58,820 bases of DNA from Basidiobolus meristosporus CBS 931.73 (lineage: Eukaryota; Fungi; Basidiobolomycota). The position numbers and the translations under genes are program-made. The notes under the pieces were generated by a model. It searched no databases, was not told the origin of the DNA, and was given only the letters and a program-made list of their open reading frames with translations. Location: contig MCFE01000555.1 in NCBI GenBank assembly GCA_002104905.1, forward strand, positions 1-58,820. The letters run 5' to 3'. This document shows, in pieces, positions 22,200-34,530 of the stretch; within the stretch, counting starts at the first letter, position 1; every line of letters begins with the position of its first letter.

Positions 22200-23865
22200 T
22201 TCGCGGAAGTTATCTATAGAGTACATGACTTCCCAGCCTGAAAGCAATTTTTGCTACTGTACATATCCCATTCTGCTTTTTGCCCTTCTTTTCCTCCCTC
22301 CGTAATATACACCAATAAACCGTCTCTGACCAACCCAGTTACTGCCATGAGCTGACCAATGACGCTACTTGAGCGTGCCATTCAATCTGGTTACTGCCAT
22401 CCAATCTACGTCGATTCGTCCGCTATTTTTACCCTTCGGACGAGGCTTCTTATTGGCTCGAATTGCACGTTTATTCATCAGCACAGATGTGTTTACCAGT
22501 ATTTCGAAGTTGCCATTCGCCCAGGGAAGCGAGGACGGTGCTCTTACCTAACTGTTGCGCTTTTGGTTGGGTTGGGTGGGCTTGCGGTCACGATTACCGA
22601 CATGGTTACGATGGCGATTGGGGAATCGAGATACCCCACCGGGTTGTCCACGAACTGCGAAATGGCGGCAGTGTCGCACGATACCACTCTGCATCTCGAA
22701 TAAACTGGCTGGTGCCTCGAGGCGGTTTCATCTCCGACTTGGTGTGCAATTACCATGGCTCATGGGGCCAGTTGGATTGATTTAGAATCCGGGCATTTCC
22801 TCCCCGAAAAGGCATTCATGTTACATCACTTTGTATGATCTCACTCCCGCTGTTTCCCATCGTCGCTTTGGTGGGTGGACTGAGGTTAGAGGGGAGGAGG
22901 CAGGGATCGAGGGAAATCCCAAAATGTCATTCGATGACAGGATGGTTCGGTCATTTGGGTGACCGACGATGACTCCGGCATAACGGTCAAGAAGCAAGAG
23001 ATCTTGGTTTTGCGCACCCTATCGCGATGGTTTTGGCTCGGCTGATGGGCACCTTTCTGGCTCGATGTATACACTACGTCAATTGATTATAACCTACGTA
23101 GTACTGCCAGGGTTGGTGGATTCTCAGTACCAGTGGAATGATTCATGCCATTCGGGTTGGCATTGGCGTGGATCCCTTGTTGCCAAACCGGGCATTCGAT
23201 GGATGGACCAGCATCACCATCAATTGCAGGTTGTGGTCCAAACCCAGCCACGTCCTCTCCGCTCATGAAAGAGACGGAGGTCCGATTGGCACTGCTGGAT
23301 CGGTCTTATGTGAGATTTGTCCAACTTGCCTAATCATGAGCTCATCAAGCAGCTACCACCTAATTGCTGATCTTTACGAATGACGTTCAGGGTTTCGCCA
23401 GGTTGGCAAGTCCACTCACCCACAGTGGTTTCATGATTTCACAGAAGAACGCACGCCAACTATTGTTTCATGATTTCACAGAAGCAGCCGTCAGGTATCG
23501 GACGTAGTAAGCCTATGGGCAGCCCGTTTAAACGGCCCACATGGAATGGGTAGCCCTGATGTTGCACTGGAAATTTCCGGACTCGACCGAAACTGTAGTT
23601 GATAAGGATGAGGTATTTCATTCAGGGTGGAGGCGCACCACTTCGGGAAATACAGGATACATCCGGACTGTAGAAATGGGCTTGGGGTCTGTGGCTATTT
23701 TGTGTCAAAGGTGTGAGGATATAGATAGAGGGCCCGATGTCAACCCTAACCCTTCTGGGGGTAGCTTGCTGAACGATGATGTCATGAACTTGATGGGGGC
23801 TTTATTGGTAACGCTTCTCTTCGAACAAATCAACAAACATAACAAAATCTTGTTGGCCAGCGGAG

Positions 23866-26800
23866 TTAATAGATGTCGTCGAGATTGGCCCACTCCCCAG
23901 GCCCCTTACCCTCGATCTTCTCTGTACCGCAACGCTCGCGCTCTTTCCAGTATTCATGATTGAAGCGCCATACGGTCTCGTTGGTGTCGGGATCGGTCTC
24001 ACGTGTGAACCATCTAGGATGCCACCTGTAGTTGGGATCTGCCTCACGGGCTCGTCGCTTGGCTCTCTGCTTCTCCTCAAGACGGAACTTCTCGTTGTTG
24101 GCCAAATCGAATTGGCCACGCTCCATAGCCTTTTGATCGGGACGGAGGCGAGAGTCGGTGGGTGGAAGGTAGGGAACAAGCGAGTCCGGGGTGTCGTTCA
24201 ATGTCATGGCAAACTGGGTGAAGTTGAAAGGGGTGGGTCCCTTGGGTTTGTCGCGTCTCCACAAGAGTATAGGCTTATCGTGGGAGATATGTGCGGCCTT
24301 TGTGCTGGTGGCTGGCTCATTATCTACTTCAGCCTCCTTGAGGGGTTTCGAGTTTTTGTCGCCGGAGACCTTGCGAGCAACCAAACGCTCACTCCATTTG
24401 CCGTACAGCTCCCAAACACTGTTGCCACTCTTGTCTTTAACCACTCCTTCGATCACATTTATATCGCTGCTGAGCCATCCGCGCTGCTTGAAGGTCAAGG
24501 TACAGGTTTCCCCGGTACGATGGTTGGTAATGACCATATCGCCATAGTGGTCCAGGTATATAGATCCAATAATCAAGTTGTTCACACGGGTGTTGACCTT
24601 CTTCCAAGAATAGTGCTCAAGGAACGTGTTTGGATCATCTGGGTTGGGCTCTCCAGTCTCGCCTTTGCCCAAGTACGACTTGGGCACCTTCAGCTGAAGG
24701 TGGGTCACGCCTGCTGGATACAGCTCAAAGGATTTTCCCCAGAAACGGGTCTTAACATCGACCTCGGCATAGAAGTTGTAGTTGGGAGATTCACAGTAAC
24801 AGGCACTGATCGGCTAGAGGTTGAGCCGGGTTCAGTCATTGGTAATCAAGATTCTAGGAATAAAATGAAGAAACTACGTACCGGATGATGGGATACTTGC
24901 TCCGAGACATACCTGTAGTTCTTGTCTGGCCGGACGTATTCAAAGGTCTCTCCCTAAAGAAATTGGTTAGATGGTGTATACGGCTAATGCAGTCTAGCAA
25001 ACCCCAACCAACCAAAAGAGGATTGAATGGTTTTCCGATTCTCCCTTCGGTACTTGAGTAGTTGCTCATTGCGAACGCCGCTACCCACAGGATTCTTTCG
25101 AGGCTATCGGAGTGGCTGGCGCCAATGTCGATGAGATCACTGTACTCCATGTCCTCTCCCATACGCTGGAGCATGGAAGTGGGCTCGTTGAAATAGACTG
25201 GCAAGGCGATTTTGGTTAAATCCTTTCCAATGGATTGCTTAAGGATGCTCCACAATGAGATTTCGGGACGGGCCGCGTTCGAGTCCAAGGGCAAGGAGTT
25301 TCTAAGCTCAGAGGGGTATCCTTTGTAGGAAACCGCAATCCCCTTCTCGGCCCCGTCGGCTCCTGGCAATTCGTCGTGGGATGTGCTCCTACGAGTAAGC
25401 TCTAGTGTAGACAAATTCTCATCGACGGCGTCGTAAAACTCATCATCCTCATCCTCTTCCTCAATCGTAGGCTGTACATCAACGTTGGGAGCAGCACTTA
25501 CGGCTATGCCTATGCTTTGCTCGTCGGCCATAGGGGATTTTGTCCCCTGGAAGATCTCCTCTAATTGATGATTTTCCTCGGCTAGCGTTTTGAAATTCTC
25601 GGCCCAGAAGTTCTGGCGATCGACCTCTTGTGTATACTTCCGCTGCCAGAAATCTTCACGCTCCTGGGCCATTCTCAGACTAGTAGACATTAGCTGTTGC
25701 AGTGACGACATGGAGGAGTGCATGGCGCGGGCAACCTCCTTGTTTTCGTAGCTCGCTGGGAAGACGCTTTCCAGGAGATTTTGGTGCACAGCAATCTGGG
25801 ACATCGTTGAGTTGACCGTCGTTTGATACGTGTCTTGGTAAGGAGGGCTGGTTTCTTCGTCTGACGATTGAGACTGAATAGAATCCCGACGAGAGCCGTA
25901 GGAGAAGAGCTTTTCTTGTCTGCTACCGCGTCTACCTGTACCAAGTTCCTCGGACATATTTTCGATGATGATGGAACTGTCGATGCTCTGGCGACGGACA
26001 GAGGGTTCCTTAACGTGCAATCCGGAGGTCTTCTCGGCCTCCTCCAACCATTGTTTGGATTGTGTGAGGGCCAGAACCCATCGCTTTACTTCCATGGGAT
26101 GGTCTGCACGAAGATGATACTTGACCGAACCAGGTCCGAAGATTTCGAACCGGGTTTTGTCCTTGGGGTCAATGGATAATTTGGCAGCACGCATATTGAT
26201 CGCCCCTCTGCAAGCGTTGTCTGTATCCGCTTGATTCTTGTAGTAGGATAACACCCCTAGTTTAAACCTGGTTAAATCCAAATTCGCTGGCGAGCAATCT
26301 TTGAAATAACACTACCGTTCTCTAAAACGAACCACCTAGCTCTATATCCACTAGCATAATTGGTCCACTTCTGGAGATTCCCGGCCATTTTGGGGGCCTG
26401 TCCTGTAAAAGTGGGCTGCAAGGTATCAGGGACTACAAAGCAAATCTACGGTCAGCTCTGGCAACAACGATACGCAAGAACGGCGGAGAAAATGAAACCT
26501 TCTTTCAACAAACTCTTGACACCTTCATTAGTGGACACGTCCACCGGGAGTTTGCCCTTTTTATCTCGAGCGAACACATCAGCCCCCTTCTCCATCAGCC
26601 ATTTGACAACATCCACGTTTCCTTGACGTGCTGCCTCGTGTAAAGCTGTCGAACCCGTAACCGGGTCTTGGGAGCTCAAATCAAGCAGGCTTGTTACCCG
26701 CTGGTTCTTCAGAAGGGCAAGTAATGCGGGAAGATCGCCATTGGCCACGGCTTCGTTGAGCTCCTTGGTTTTTGCAGTGATGAATGTCTGTCGCATATCT

Positions 26801-27445
26801 AGAAGTAGAACAATTGCCACAGGTTAGGCTTGGTGCTGTGGGTAGGGAAATCCGGTAAGTTGGGATATTACCATGCAACAGCTCAGCAGATTCGGGGTTC
26901 TTGGCGAAATGAAGCGCTTGTCTGCCCTGGTGATTGCAGATTGTATCATCAATATCGGGATGCTGCATAAGTAGCTTGATGGCGTCAATACGGCCAGACT
27001 TGGCTGCTAAATGTAGCGGAGTATTTCCATTTTGGTCGGGCTGGTTGATTTCAATATTGGGCAGAGTCAACACATATTGTAAAGTCTCTTTGTTGGCGCA
27101 ACCGATGGCCAGATGAAGCGGATATATCTTGTGCTCGGTAGAGTTTTGGCTACCAGACTCGAGGAGGGATTTCAGCGTGGCCTTGTCCCCTTTTAAAACC
27201 AGAGAGAAAGCGTTGGTAAACGATGGAGGAAAACCAACAAGGGTAAATTCCAGTACCTGCGCGTAACGCCTCGAGCAGATTGAAGGTTTTGATTGCGTCG
27301 TCAAGATCTGATAAAAAGGAGGGTTAGGAAGACGAGGGCTCGGAAAAGCAGAGAACTAAAGAAACGCACTGGCTTGCTTTTCGGAGGGTTGTTCTATGGT
27401 TAGTGAGGGAACGATTCTCTCTGGTTGCTCAGAATCAGAACCCAT
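23866..27445 (-). CDS. OSH1: Oxysterol-binding protein, Osh1/Osh2 type (ankyrin, PH, FFAT, ORD)
   Basis: Ankyrin repeats ([20 protein letters not shown]); PH domain (..RWVLAL); FFAT EFYDAVD; ORD signature EQVSHHP at about 24884-24904; [12 protein letters not shown]. Confidence 0.93.
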
Positions 27446-28093
27446 TGTCTTTAGTGTAGATGACTAGTTGTACAAAAAGAGAACACGGATTGGTTTTATA
27501 TTATCGAAGGTGAGCTGCTCGGTTTGAAGGTGGGTTAAGGTGGGTTAATTAACCTATATCGGCTAATCTACACAATAATAACAATATTGCCAAGTCTCTG
27601 CGCCACAAAGTAAATGACCTAATTTAGTGACGTAAAATCCCGTCCGAGTCCACCTCATAAGCAGTGGCCACCCAAACGAAATGAATTGCACGAGGTTACT
27701 CTCGTAGTCAACGATGCCAACAAATGTTTGCGCAATTCTCTTTATTTGCCATGATCACTTGTAAAACATGAGAAACGTATTATAGGATATGAACAAGCTC
27801 TGGCAGGTGGTTGAGAAAGCATATTGTCTTCTATTAAAAATATATATCTACAAAATGTAAAGAAAAGACTGGATTTGGCTTGGCTTTTAATCCACCACGA
27901 TATCATGCCGACTCTCCTCCTTTTCCTGTCAAGTGAGTTAGCCACCAAGTCGTGTGGATGGGGTGTACTCGAGACCGAACTTACTCTCTTCTTCTTTTTC
28001 TTCTTACGGTGCTCTCCGTCATGGCTCTCGTGGTCGTGGTCATGTCTGTGCTTCTTTTTCTAATCGAGTGGGGTGGGAGCTTGAATAAAGTGC

Positions 28094-29044
28094 TTATGAA
28101 AATCCAAGTTCTACGTGATCACCAACCTTCTTTTTGTGCTTTCTTTCGCCATCCTTGTCTCTATCCTTCTCACGGTCTTTTCGCTTGGCTCTTTCTCTAT
28201 CACGATCACGGTCACGATCGCGCTCTCTGTCCCTGTCTCTGTCCTTGTCTCTTTCACCGTCCCGCTCGCGAGGCCTTTCGCGAGTGCGCTCACTATCGCG
28301 CTCTTTCTCGTGTTCGCGAGCCCTCTCATGCTCCTTATCTCGCTCTCTGGAAGTGGCTGTGACGGAGGGCGCGGGTGCAGGGACAGACGACTCCACCTTG
28401 GCAACCGGCTGCTTGATATTCCGTTTTCGAATATCTCGCTCGGAGCCAAGTCTCGAAACATCAAACTAAGCAAGAGAAGCGTAAGTAGGTTATGGAGGGG
28501 CTGTCAATGAAAAGAAACCATCATACTCCAGGCACGGAACCAGGCTTCAGGGCGAATGCGTCCTTAATCGTGTCTAAATCAAAAGCGGAAATATCCCCAT
28601 CTGCTTTAGCGGGCGCCATAATCAGATCTCTCAGATATGTGGAGGGGGTAAAATCCGTCTTCCCTAGAAATTCGGCCGAACAAGAGTTGAGTGAATACAT
28701 ACAAGATGCAGATCAACACGTTCAGATTTTTTCGTACCGGGTAACTCTTTCACATACCCCTCATAGGTCTCTTCCATCTGAGGAGCCCTCTCAGCATTAA
28801 GATAAGGCCGTACAAAGGTATTGTACATGGAAGTCAATTTAAATTCCGTTATGAAATCTTGACTGCCAGAGTACCTTGGAGGAGGGTCTTTATTGTTCAA
28901 AGTTGATCCATGCTTTTAGACGATGTACTTGGCTTCAGTCAAAGTTTAGTGGAAATAATCACTACCTCGTGGTGTATATTGTGTTGGTAAATAGAAAGTA
29001 TTGTTTGTTTCCACCGATTCCATTGTGAAATCCATCGGCTCCAT
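28094..29044 (-). CDS. MED19: Mediator subunit Med19 (Rox3 family)
   Basis: SGSQDFITEFKLTSMYNTFVRP..TYEGYVKELPG, ..AFALKPGSVPG, and a charged RD/RE/KK-rich C-terminus; multi-exon. Confidence 0.78.
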
Positions 29045-29531
29045 TGTTGAATACGGCAAGCGAAAACAACTGGAGATAAGTTGCTTAGGAAGCCTACCCG
29101 AGATTATATGCCTCCTATTTTCAACCAAGTATTTTGAATGATGTGAGGGTTAGGGGGTCATTTCATTCAATTACGAAATTCATCTGATCGTAGGTTCATA
29201 TCAACTGCAATAGTTCTTTTTCTGCGATAATATACGCGAAGCCAACATCGATGATATATCATTTGGCGAGCGTTGAAAAATTTCTCCCCTTGCAATCCTA
29301 TTCTCGATCTTTATTCAGAGAAGATGATTGGTCAATCGTTCTTTTTCATACTGGGGAGCATTTTTCTTTCCGGAAGAGCCAATGGGAAGGGCGAGCTGAC
29401 CAACTCTTTGGCAAGCAACGAAAAAAGTATTTAAATGAGTTCTACGGGAGATGCTCATCACTTCTCTACGCGGCTACTGGATATTGTTAAGGTATTTCAT
29501 CCCCAGTTTACTTGATTTTTCTTTTTTTCAA

Positions 29532-29601
29532 ATGATGATCCAAACTCAGACCTGTACTGAGCATTACATGCGGACAAACCATTATTGCCTTTTATTTCTG
29601 A
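29532..29601 (+). ncRNA. snR56: Box C/D snoRNA, snR56/SNORD25 (U25) family, copy 1
   Basis: C box ATGATGA; guide CAGACCTGT-A-CTGA (D'); C'-like TGCGGA; TATTGCCT element; D box CTGA. The guide is complementary to conserved 18S ACAGGUCUG (yeast Gm1428, human Gm1490). Confidence 0.92.
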
Positions 29602-29733
29602 CTTTCAATCGTTATGCATCCATTCAATTGAAACGTGAACACAACTAACTAGTTGCTCATCTCCAGGTAGAACGCAATGCCTGGCTCAATGCATCAATGT
29701 AAGTATAGACCTATTCGGCAAGTGAAGTTCTCA

Positions 29734-29801
29734 ATGATGATCACAATTTCAGACCTGTACTGAGTTTATAGTGCGGACAACCTATATTGCCTTTTTTCTG
29801 A
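29734..29801 (+). ncRNA. snR56: Box C/D snoRNA, snR56/U25 family, copy 2
   Basis: Same boxes and guides; external stem GAAGT(T)CTC / GAGACTTC. Confidence 0.92.
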
Positions 29802-29944
29802 AGAGACTTCAAACACTTGTATTTTCTGTTCAACCCAACTCTAACCTTTTCTCAGATTAGTTTAGCCTGATTGTGACGTTGTTGTCCATGGATCTTCAGA
29901 GCGACTCTGACCAGGTAAATTATTATTTGATTAAGAGTGCCTTT

Positions 29945-30014
29945 ATGATGATTCAAACTCAGACCTGTTCCAAGTAACCTATGCGGACAACAAGTTATTG
30001 CCTATTGAATCTGA
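29945..30014 (+). ncRNA. snR56: Box C/D snoRNA, snR56/U25 family, copy 3 (D' box changed to CCAA)
   Basis: ATGATGA..CAGACCTGTT-CCAA..ATGCGGA..GTTATTGCCT..CTGA; external stem GTGC/GCAC. Confidence 0.88.
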
Positions 30015-30155
30015 AATGCACATAACTCGCAATCTATTTTGGCCTGTTTATTAATTGTATCCCAGTGTATATAGGAGTGTTCGTTCACCCGAGCTTGGTG
30101 TTTTTAATACCAACGTAAGTAAGCACCCTTTGTTTACATACTGTGATCTCATCAA

Positions 30156-30223
30156 ATGATGATAAACATCTCAGACCTGTTCTGAAATTCAATGTGGACA
30201 ACATTTATTGCCTATATAACTGA
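30156..30223 (+). ncRNA. snR56: Box C/D snoRNA, snR56/U25 family, copy 4
   Basis: ATGATGA..CAGACCTGTT-CTGA..ATGTGGA..TTATTGCCT..CTGA; 11-bp external stem CTGTGATCTCA / TGAGATCACAG. Confidence 0.92.
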
Positions 30224-31817
30224 TTACCCATTGAGATCACAGTGTTGCTTTCTATCCTGAACGTTCACTAATATCAACCATTTCTAGGAATTGTATATAA
30301 CATATAATAAACCAATAATAAACCAATATTCAAAACTAGATGATTTGTCTCAACCCCGTGTTCGTTATATTCATCGTTGGTATGGGTAGTGCTTTTGCGG
30401 GTATTGGAACGCATCGTACTTGTGCATGTGGCATCCGTCTACGTTTGGCAGCATTCTGCAAAGATAGCTTTGGTTGACTTAATTTGTAACAAGCTTTAAG
30501 TGTGATGTACAGCGCATGACCTTCGACAGTGGTTGCAGCGAGTGTAGCCTGGAATCCCCAGCAGCTTACAGTTGGATGGCTATTCTATTAACCTTCAACT
30601 CAAAAGTTATATTTAGAATAGTTTAATCGGGCTTGATTGGAAAATTGAACTACCACAGCAGGTGGTCTGGACAAGCGCAGCTTCATGACACATCCCGTTG
30701 TTTCAAAAGCGACATGTCTGCTTTGACCCCGACTAGGCTTAGCGTTGGTGCAGGTAGATGTACTGTACGAACTAGCACTGCCTGACAACATGTAACTTTA
30801 ATCAGAAATAGCCTTTGTCATACTGCCCAGCGATCTAACACACTCTCGCTCTCGATTTACCCCCAGAACATAATGCATGACATTGTCTACAGACAATCCC
30901 TGCATTTGACGGCAAGATGATTGGTAGGAAATGAGGTCATTTCACGGAATTAGCAAGTTGGGCGCATCAGTCCTATACATGGATTCCATGGCCAAATATG
31001 GGAAGTTGTTTACTGAGCTTCCACTTCCTTTACCTGAATTGAGGCTGATACCGTGACCTCTCAAAATGGGACGGCAGCGTTGTGTCCAGCGTCATATCCG
31101 TTGACCATCAAGGTCGCACGAGACCACGCCATGGACGGACAAATTGGGGCCACGAGCCAATGGAGGGGGCGGAAGTAAACGTAGTTCCATCAGTCATTTC
31201 CTGTTCGGTTTAACAAACATAATTGCCCACGCAATTTCGATCACCCGTTTTCCTAATTCCCCTGCCCCAGTTGCATCCACTGATACTCTAAATAAGATAT
31301 CGTTTTCCAAATCCTTCGTAGAACTTCTTTTGCACGCTGCTTGGCTCGCCTATCCACCGGCGGTGTTGATCTGGCCGGGTTGAAATAGAGCGATTCCGAG
31401 CAATGCCAGATCCGTTCCACCGCAACATGGAATTCCATAGTCCTCGTGAGGCTGACCAGGAATGTATAATCGACTTACCGTTCCATCCACCAATGGTGGG
31501 ATGTTGAACTCGTGATACTCCACCCACGACGATCTCTCTTGTTGGCATTTGTAATATGCCCCAACCCCTACCATGTATCCATGGAGCGACCAATAGTCGG
31601 GTTCTAACCACCACAACGGTTTGAATTTCCATATTGACCAAACTCCACAGACGAGTCTGGATGCACGCGTTCCTTCAAGTGTCCATTGGATAAAGGGATT
31701 TCTATTCAAGTGTAAACCTCTTGATGTTACATATTATAGGATACAAAAAAGGGGTTCAATTTCATGGACGTTTGTACAGAAAGTATCGGTATTCTAATCA
31801 TCACTTCTTCAAGAAGC

Positions 31818-33490
31818 TCAAGGGTTGTGGACGTAGCCGAGGTGATGGCTAAATCGTGGCTGGGTGGATTCCATGGTTCTGTACGGCGGGTTGGGTCGGT
31901 GGTCAAGGGGGCTGTCCGTGTCACTCTCTGGGGGGCTAAGCGTTCCGAAGATCAGGCCCAGCGATTCCTGGCCGATGGGTGCCGGGGCCCTACTGCCGGC
32001 CGCGTTTGATTCGGCTTGATGGTCGGGATGCTGGTTGTATTGGTCTGCGCACCTCGGATCGTAGCGTAAAATTTTCGTACGTTTGCTCATGGGTGACATA
32101 TCATGCTGCTTTTGGGTCATCGAAGGGGAGGGGAGCGAGCATGGTGATAGCGTGAGCGGCGAGGAAAATGAATAGTTCCGACCGGTCATGGGTGAGAACA
32201 TCACACCTGTGTTGGCGTCGCTGGAGAGGTTGCGTTTTCTTGTGATGTCTGCGGGTCCGTATGACTGCTCCGACAGCTTCCGGTGTGCATCGTAGTTCTG
32301 GCCATGCGTGTATATCTCTCCTGTGTAGTCTAGCGCGCTGTGTTGTGATGTGGGGTTTATGAGCGATTGTGATACTGTACTTTCCGCGGAAGATGGATCT
32401 TGATGTCCCTGGAGAAAGGGGGCGGAATGGGCGCGTAAGTTCTCGGTGGGCATATGCGACATTCCAGTAGACGAGTGGGTGTCTGTCTGTGCTTCGGAAT
32501 ATCTGTAGGGGCTTGCGTAGTCTCGAGATTGCTGCTGAGGAAACGATCCGGGGCTATGTGTATCATTGGTGGCGATTATCTGAGAGTCATAATTCAAACG
32601 GGGATGGTTGGCCACGAGGTTCTGTTGTTGGTTTCTGAAGTCAGGAATATATGGACTAGTGTCGGAAGGCAAGCTCATCCGGGGTGGGTGCATACCGGAT
32701 GAATACAGCGGACTATACAGGTAGTGACTAGGGTCCTCGACAAGAAGCGGAAACAGTAAATCCTGGATCTTGAATTGGGTAACAAGTGCCTTTGCCCTCT
32801 GCAACGGAATCCTAACAAGGAAGTTAGCCATTTGCACATGGAACCAGCAGAAGGTTGGGTGCTTACCAGACTCCTTTGAGGTGCATGGCTCCTACTTTGA
32901 CAACAATACGCCCTTTCTCATTCTTTAGGATACCGTCCCGCTTCCCTCGGGACATTCCGGTGACGTTCAGCAGCTTGGTCCCATTCACCATGTTGTTGTC
33001 TACGGGAACATTAGCATTGAAACCGACGGAGGCATCAACCTGTTAATGAAATACCTTGTCTACGCGCCACGCAGATCCCTTTAGCATCCACCTGGAAGCA
33101 TACAGTATTCTCATCCTCCCAGAGCGTTGTGGTGAGCTTTGGTCTTTGGCGATTGAGTGGCTGCATCCCAGAGAGGCTTGACCAGGACTCAGGCATTGGG
33201 TTGCTCCATGATTGCCATTTAGTAGAAGGGTCGGGTTGCTGGGAATATAAATGGGGAGATTGAATATTGATGGTGCTATAGAGGGGATCCTGGTTTTGAA
33301 CAGGCATCGGGAACGAGGCTGAGTATCCAGGGTTATTAGTGGTTATATTAGAGGTGGAGGGATAGGGGATGGTGGGCCCGTAGTGCTGGTTACTCGGTAC
33401 AAGGTTCGTGGGCATATGATTAGCGGTACCTGATTGAGGTATGAAACTGGATGGATTGCTGGGTGAGGTGAACGTATATTGCCCAGACAT
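31818..33490 (-). CDS. stuA: APSES transcription factor, StuA/Efg1/Sok2 type
   Basis: [30 protein letters not shown]|[45 protein letters not shown]|[10 protein letters not shown]; two introns. The start codon is not certain. Confidence 0.92.
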
Positions 33491-34530
33491 GTGGACGAAT
33501 GGTACAGAAGCAGTAAAGTCGCTGCAGAAGGAGATATATAACAAAATAGACTGCACAAAGTGTTGGGCCCGCCGGACACGAGCTTATCCCATTTATATAC
33601 CAACCTAGAGTAAGACATCCCTTCGAAATGGGAAATCCTGCTATCAGTATATTTCTATATGTTCTCTATTGTAGGATTAATTGAGAATTTCAACAAAGAG
33701 CGGGTGCAAGTCCATTGATTGAACAGTTGGATATTGTTCCTTTTTTGAGGAGCTAGGCTTGGATTGCTTAATCTGAACAATTGTTTTCCTGATTCATTGA
33801 GTTCCATTCTCTTTTTCTCGATATAGTTGGCTAATCAAATGGCCGTTTGGTTTAATGAATAAGTGTGAGTGTCGACCGTTTAATCCACATATGGCCAGGT
33901 TGATTGGAGTAATATATATATATACTTGGGCTTCCATAGCCTGCTTCCTTCCCAGCTTATCTAACGTGCCAACCATGCCAAGGAATCAGAGTTCGTGTGC
34001 GTTCTAACCCAACATAGACGCCGCTTTGGTGGGTGTAGGTTTGGAGTAGTCATATGTGTTGGGTTGGAGAAGTAACACCTCGGGGTTGGTGCAACGAACG
34101 ACCCCTTGGATTTCTACTAGGAAGGTCAATAAATTTTGTGACACATCATTCACTAATTGTCATTAACGAGCCTACCTTATTCCCACTCATTGAAAGTTTC
34201 CTTGTTTACGGGCCCAATGTTACACAAACCGTTCTATCGTTGCAGTACCGTCGCATTACCATTGCATTACCGTTTAAACTCAATTTCTCCATTGGTGAAT
34301 ATCTTCCAACCAACCATGCGATTTGTTAATTTAATGTCAGAACAAACCATGCATCTAGTTAATTATGTGTTCATTGATTTAAAGTGAGAATGAACGGTCA
34401 TTTTTCTGAGGATGAAGGTGAAAGTTACGGTGAAAGCTAATAGAACAGGTAAAAAGTGGAAAGTGGAAAGAATAAAGTGGGTTATACATATGACAGGCGA
34501 AGGTGTGATCAGAAGGCAATAGGGTCGGTT

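Larger units (their letters stand above)
29300..30325 (+). ncRNA. Spliced non-coding snoRNA host gene (5 short exons, 4 snoRNA-containing introns)
   Basis: Introns 29492-29666, 29699-29855, 29915-30065 and 30115-30287 have GTATTT/GTAAGT/GTAAAT/GTAAGT donors, CAG/TAG acceptors and in most cases a CTAA-type branch point. Internal exons of about 30-60 nt give no credible ORF. AATAAA occurs twice at 30306-30322. The 5' end is estimated. Confidence 0.8.

Noticed and set aside
23956-24888. 310-aa plus-strand ORF, and similar long antisense ORFs at 2615-3220, 13561-14076, 38395-38934 and 43014-44037
   Set aside because: They lie opposite well-supported conserved genes and show no domain features; they are shadows of codon bias.
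28111-28510. Several overlapping SR/SL-rich ORFs
   Set aside because: All arise from the GA-rich low-complexity tail of MED19 (RD/RE repeats) read in other frames.
29324-29403. SECIS element (AUGA..GA hairpin)
   Set aside because: Stem length and loop do not fit SECIS geometry, and no upstream same-strand ORF has a plausible Sec UGA.
29532-30223. CRISPR-like or generic interspersed repeat reading of the four motif clusters
   Set aside because: Conserved parts are short boxes and rRNA-complementary guides inside spliceosomal introns; there are no constant 25-45 nt direct repeats and no cas genes.
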